Shown here: positions 60,921-64,000 of the stretch, piece by piece
How the letters are laid out: each line of letters starts with the position of its first letter
How positions within the stretch are numbered: the stretch's first letter is position 1
Notes under the pieces: model-generated
Databases searched by the model: none
Told to the model about the DNA's origin: nothing
What the model saw: the letters and a program-made list of their open reading frames with translations, nothing else
Made by a program: the position numbers and the translations under genes
NCBI RefSeq assembly: GCF_009914755.1
Contig: NC_060928.1
Reading direction: 5' to 3' (one strand)
Length of the DNA: 64,000 nucleotides
Source of the DNA: the human T2T-CHM13v2.0 reference genome, Homo sapiens

Positions 60921-61183
60921 CACTGCAATTATGACTTTTTATTACAAAATTATCCACAATTGAATTATCCACAATTGATTTATGCATCTAAAAAGCTAAG
61001 AAAATTTAAGCCTTCAGGGTATAAATCTAGACATAAATATCCACAACCTTGCCCCCTATCTTCCCATAAGTGGTCACATTTGTTCTAATGGTAAAATTGA
61101 GGTCTTCTCAATACTATTTCCTTTACTTTTTTTCCCAAGGCAATATAATTTCTATATAAAATTAATCTATGATAAGATTCCAT

Positions 61184-61617
61184 TATGATAGTTAATTCTA
61201 TGTATCAACTTGGCTAGGCCATGGTACTCAGTTGTTCCGTCAAATCCCAGTCAGCTGTTGCTGTGAAGGTACTTTGTAGATGTGATTGACATTTAAATCA
61301 GAAGACTCTAAAGTAAAGCAGATTACCCTCTGTAATGTAAGTAGACTTAATCTAATCGATTGAAGGCCTTAGGAGAAAAGACTGAGGTCCCTAGATGATA
61401 AAGGAATTCTGCTTCCAGTCTGTCTTCAGACTGAAGACCGCAGCACTGACTCCTGCCAGAACTTCCAGCCCACCACGCTGCCCTGCAGCTTGGGGCTTCT
61501 TAGCCCCAGTAATCATGTGAGCCAATTCCTTACAATCTTTCTCTCTCTCTTTCATCCCCCCACTCCCCAACACATATGCATTATCTTGGTTCCGTTTCTC
61601 TGGAGAACCCTAATACA
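61184..61617 (+). mobile_element. MLT2 (MLT2C-like) ERVL solo LTR
   Basis: gatagttaattctatgtatcaacttggctagg...gtaaagcagattaccctc...gtttctctggagaaccctaataca. Confidence 0.88.
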
Positions 61618-62646
61618 CCCCTGTAATCTTTTCTAAATTGTTTCTATTTGGACCTCAATAACCTAGCACTATTCCTAAATTTAGCAATCAGTCCTCATCA
61701 AGTCAATCATCAAAAAAGCAACCTACATTTGCTGGAATATGGGGATAAAAATGATTTTAAATATCAATCTATTGATAAGAAATAAAGAAATAAACTCAAC
61801 ACCTAAACGTTTCCAAAGACCTTTGAATATCAAAAGGTATTATTAGTATGGCCTGAAAATCCCTCATAACATCTCACTTACCTCAAACCTTTACAGTTAC
61901 TAAGGCAAGCCTGACTAAATACAGTCACTGTGACAGAAATGCCAAGGGTCGCATGCAACAGATGTAATCATTTTATACTTGGTCTTCACTGATGTAGTGT
62001 TAATTACAATATAGTCATTGGTGCTTGCCACACGCACAGACATAGAAGCAAAATAGTGTCAAATATTTAGTATCATACAGCACTAACAAAAGGTATCAAA
62101 TAGATCAAACATATTTGCTATGGATGTTTTTTTCTGTTCAGACTGATGCATATCACAAGGGAAAAAAATAGTCATCCCATTTTTAAATGACTTCAGGTAA
62201 CACCAAACCCCTTAGCAATCCTAATATTTAATTGGCCTAAAATTAACTCCCTAGTGACAAAAACGATACAGGAGTACAGAATTATGAAATCAGAGAACCA
62301 AATAATTATCAGAATTAATATGCTCCTACCCTAAGAATTTGGGAATCTAAGATGCAGCTTTTCTGAGAGGGATAGAGATAGTCCATTTTTGTGTTGCTAA
62401 TTTTATTTTTTTTCACACAGCTGCCTCATGGAAATATCATCATTAGATCCACTAGCAGGGGCTTTAATTTTATAGTCCTTCTATGACACTAAATAACCAA
62501 GCAATAGGTTTCTCAGGAAACACACTGAGTGTCTGAAACAACTCACTCTGTGAATAACCATCAGGCCTTCTGATTCCTTAATTTTATTCTTAGATTTTTC
62601 TTGATTTTTTTCTTAAATTCAATTTGTTATTTATCTGAGTACCTTG

Positions 62647-62650
<4 letters not shown>

Positions 62651-62715
<65 letters not shown>
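62651..62715. repeat. Compound (CT)21(AT)11 microsatellite
   Basis: Counted directly. Confidence 0.97.
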
Positions 62716-62839
62716 CAAATGATAGAATTAGGCATGTTTCCTATCCCCATGGAAACGACAGCTTAATTAAATGATTTATGCAGTCTTTTCTGATATATTC
62801 CTTCATATAGCCCTTAATAGTTTCAATCGTACTGCAGTG

Positions 62840-63130
62840 AAGCTAGACAGGAGTAGGACATTTGTGTTCTTTTGTGCTGTACCTCTGGCATCTGGAACAA
62901 TACTGGCACATAGAAACGGCTCATAAATCCTGACCAAGTGATTTGATCAATGAATAATCTCACATACACTATTTTATACAAGTAACTTTCCTATGGCCAA
63001 AAGAGAAATCCTTTTGTAAATAATAAGACCAAGATGTAAAGAAGTAATTTACCAAAATCACACAATAAATAAGGGACAGAACTGAACACAGAATCGAGGT
63101 TCTTTGATTCCTCAGCTGCTGCAATTACCA
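62840..63130. mobile_element. L2 3' end (+) followed by MIR (-)
   Basis: tgctgtacctctggcatctggaacaatactggcacatag; aagtaatttaccaaaatcacacaataaataagggacagaactg. Confidence 0.6.
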
Positions 63131-63461
63131 TGCACGGAGAATTGCATGGCTTGTGAATGACAAAGGAGATTATTGTGGAATGAAGTCAATGTCATCTACT
63201 CTTTCAGAGACTCAATATAGATTTTTTTTTTTCTGCTTTTAAGATAAAACTAAGGACAAGTTCTTTTTCCTCTAACAAGGTAGGTTTTTTAATGGAGAAT
63301 GCAGACTTACTGGATATGAGTTAAACAAAAGCAAACTTTAATATTGATAGCAGTAAGTGACATACTTAAGAAGAAAAATGGATGGTCCCAAACCCAGGGA
63401 AAACAAAGGGTTACACCTTTCATAATTTCAGGTAAAATGCCATGCAAACATGCATGCAGAT

Positions 63462-63570
63462 TTCTCTCTCTCATCTCTCTCTCTCTCAATCTCAGTGTGT
63501 GTATGAAAGAGAGACACACACACACACACACACACACAGAGAGACAAAGAAAGACAGAGACAGAGAAAGA
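63462..63570. repeat. Mixed (CT)n / (CA)n / (GA)-rich simple repeats
   Basis: Seen directly. Confidence 0.9.
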
Positions 63571-64000
63571 ATGTGGCTAAAAGTGTACTTCTGCATGTGT
63601 CAGATCACAAGAAGCACTGCATCTGCTTTGGTCTGAGAGAGACAGTAATTCCACCATCATGAACCTGAGGTACAACAATTTGACAATCCGTCCTAGACAG
63701 AATGTCACTGAAATATGCTCTTTTATTGATCTATAACAGAGTACTGATGTGCAGCAATGGTCTTATTTTACACATAAGACCTCAGTTTTCTGAAAATGCA
63801 TCCTTGAACCCAATCACATTCCTAATTCAAAAAACAGTACATATATCTAAATTCAAATAACTTCAATATAATCAAGTTACATCATCTTGTTTGTAACTTT
63901 GGACCTAGTGGTGTCAACTACTGTGTACTGTCTTGTTAGGAAAGGGGTAAAGTCTTTGTACCAAGTAACTTTAGTTTGGAGATGCCTAACTATCCACCTG

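Noticed and set aside
60948-60977. Tandem aattatccacaattg x2 containing TTATCCACA (bacterial DnaA box)
   Set aside because: A simple 15-bp slippage duplication in primate DNA; the DnaA match is coincidental.

Overview
Primate (human-like) AT-rich, repeat-dense non-coding DNA; no protein-coding host exon, RNA gene, CpG island or prokaryotic system can be supported. Nearly all ORFs in the track derive from L1, Alu or LTR sequence, or are chance. Contents: a decayed hAT-Tip100 (Zaphod/ZMYM1-like) transposase at the left end, apparently split by an ~11-kb stack of nested insertions; a full-length but inactivated L1PA2-like LINE-1 (27516-33587) with a perfect 16-bp TSD and a short 3' transduction; about 15 LTRs, 6 Alus, several DNA-transposon MITEs, MIR/L2 fragments and microsatellites. 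The most unusual region is 51.8-56.4 kb. There a 5'-truncated L1MA is bracketed by ~280-bp direct repeats (a giant TSD-like duplication) and carries a much younger 266-bp copy of sequence from 3.4 kb downstream, joined through a palindromic fold-back filler that looks like a templated double-strand-break repair scar. I found no evidence for a new biological system; the notable signals are mutational-mechanism fossils. Subfamily names are from recalled consensus sequences and need RepeatMasker/Dfam confirmation; identity counts are manual estimates.
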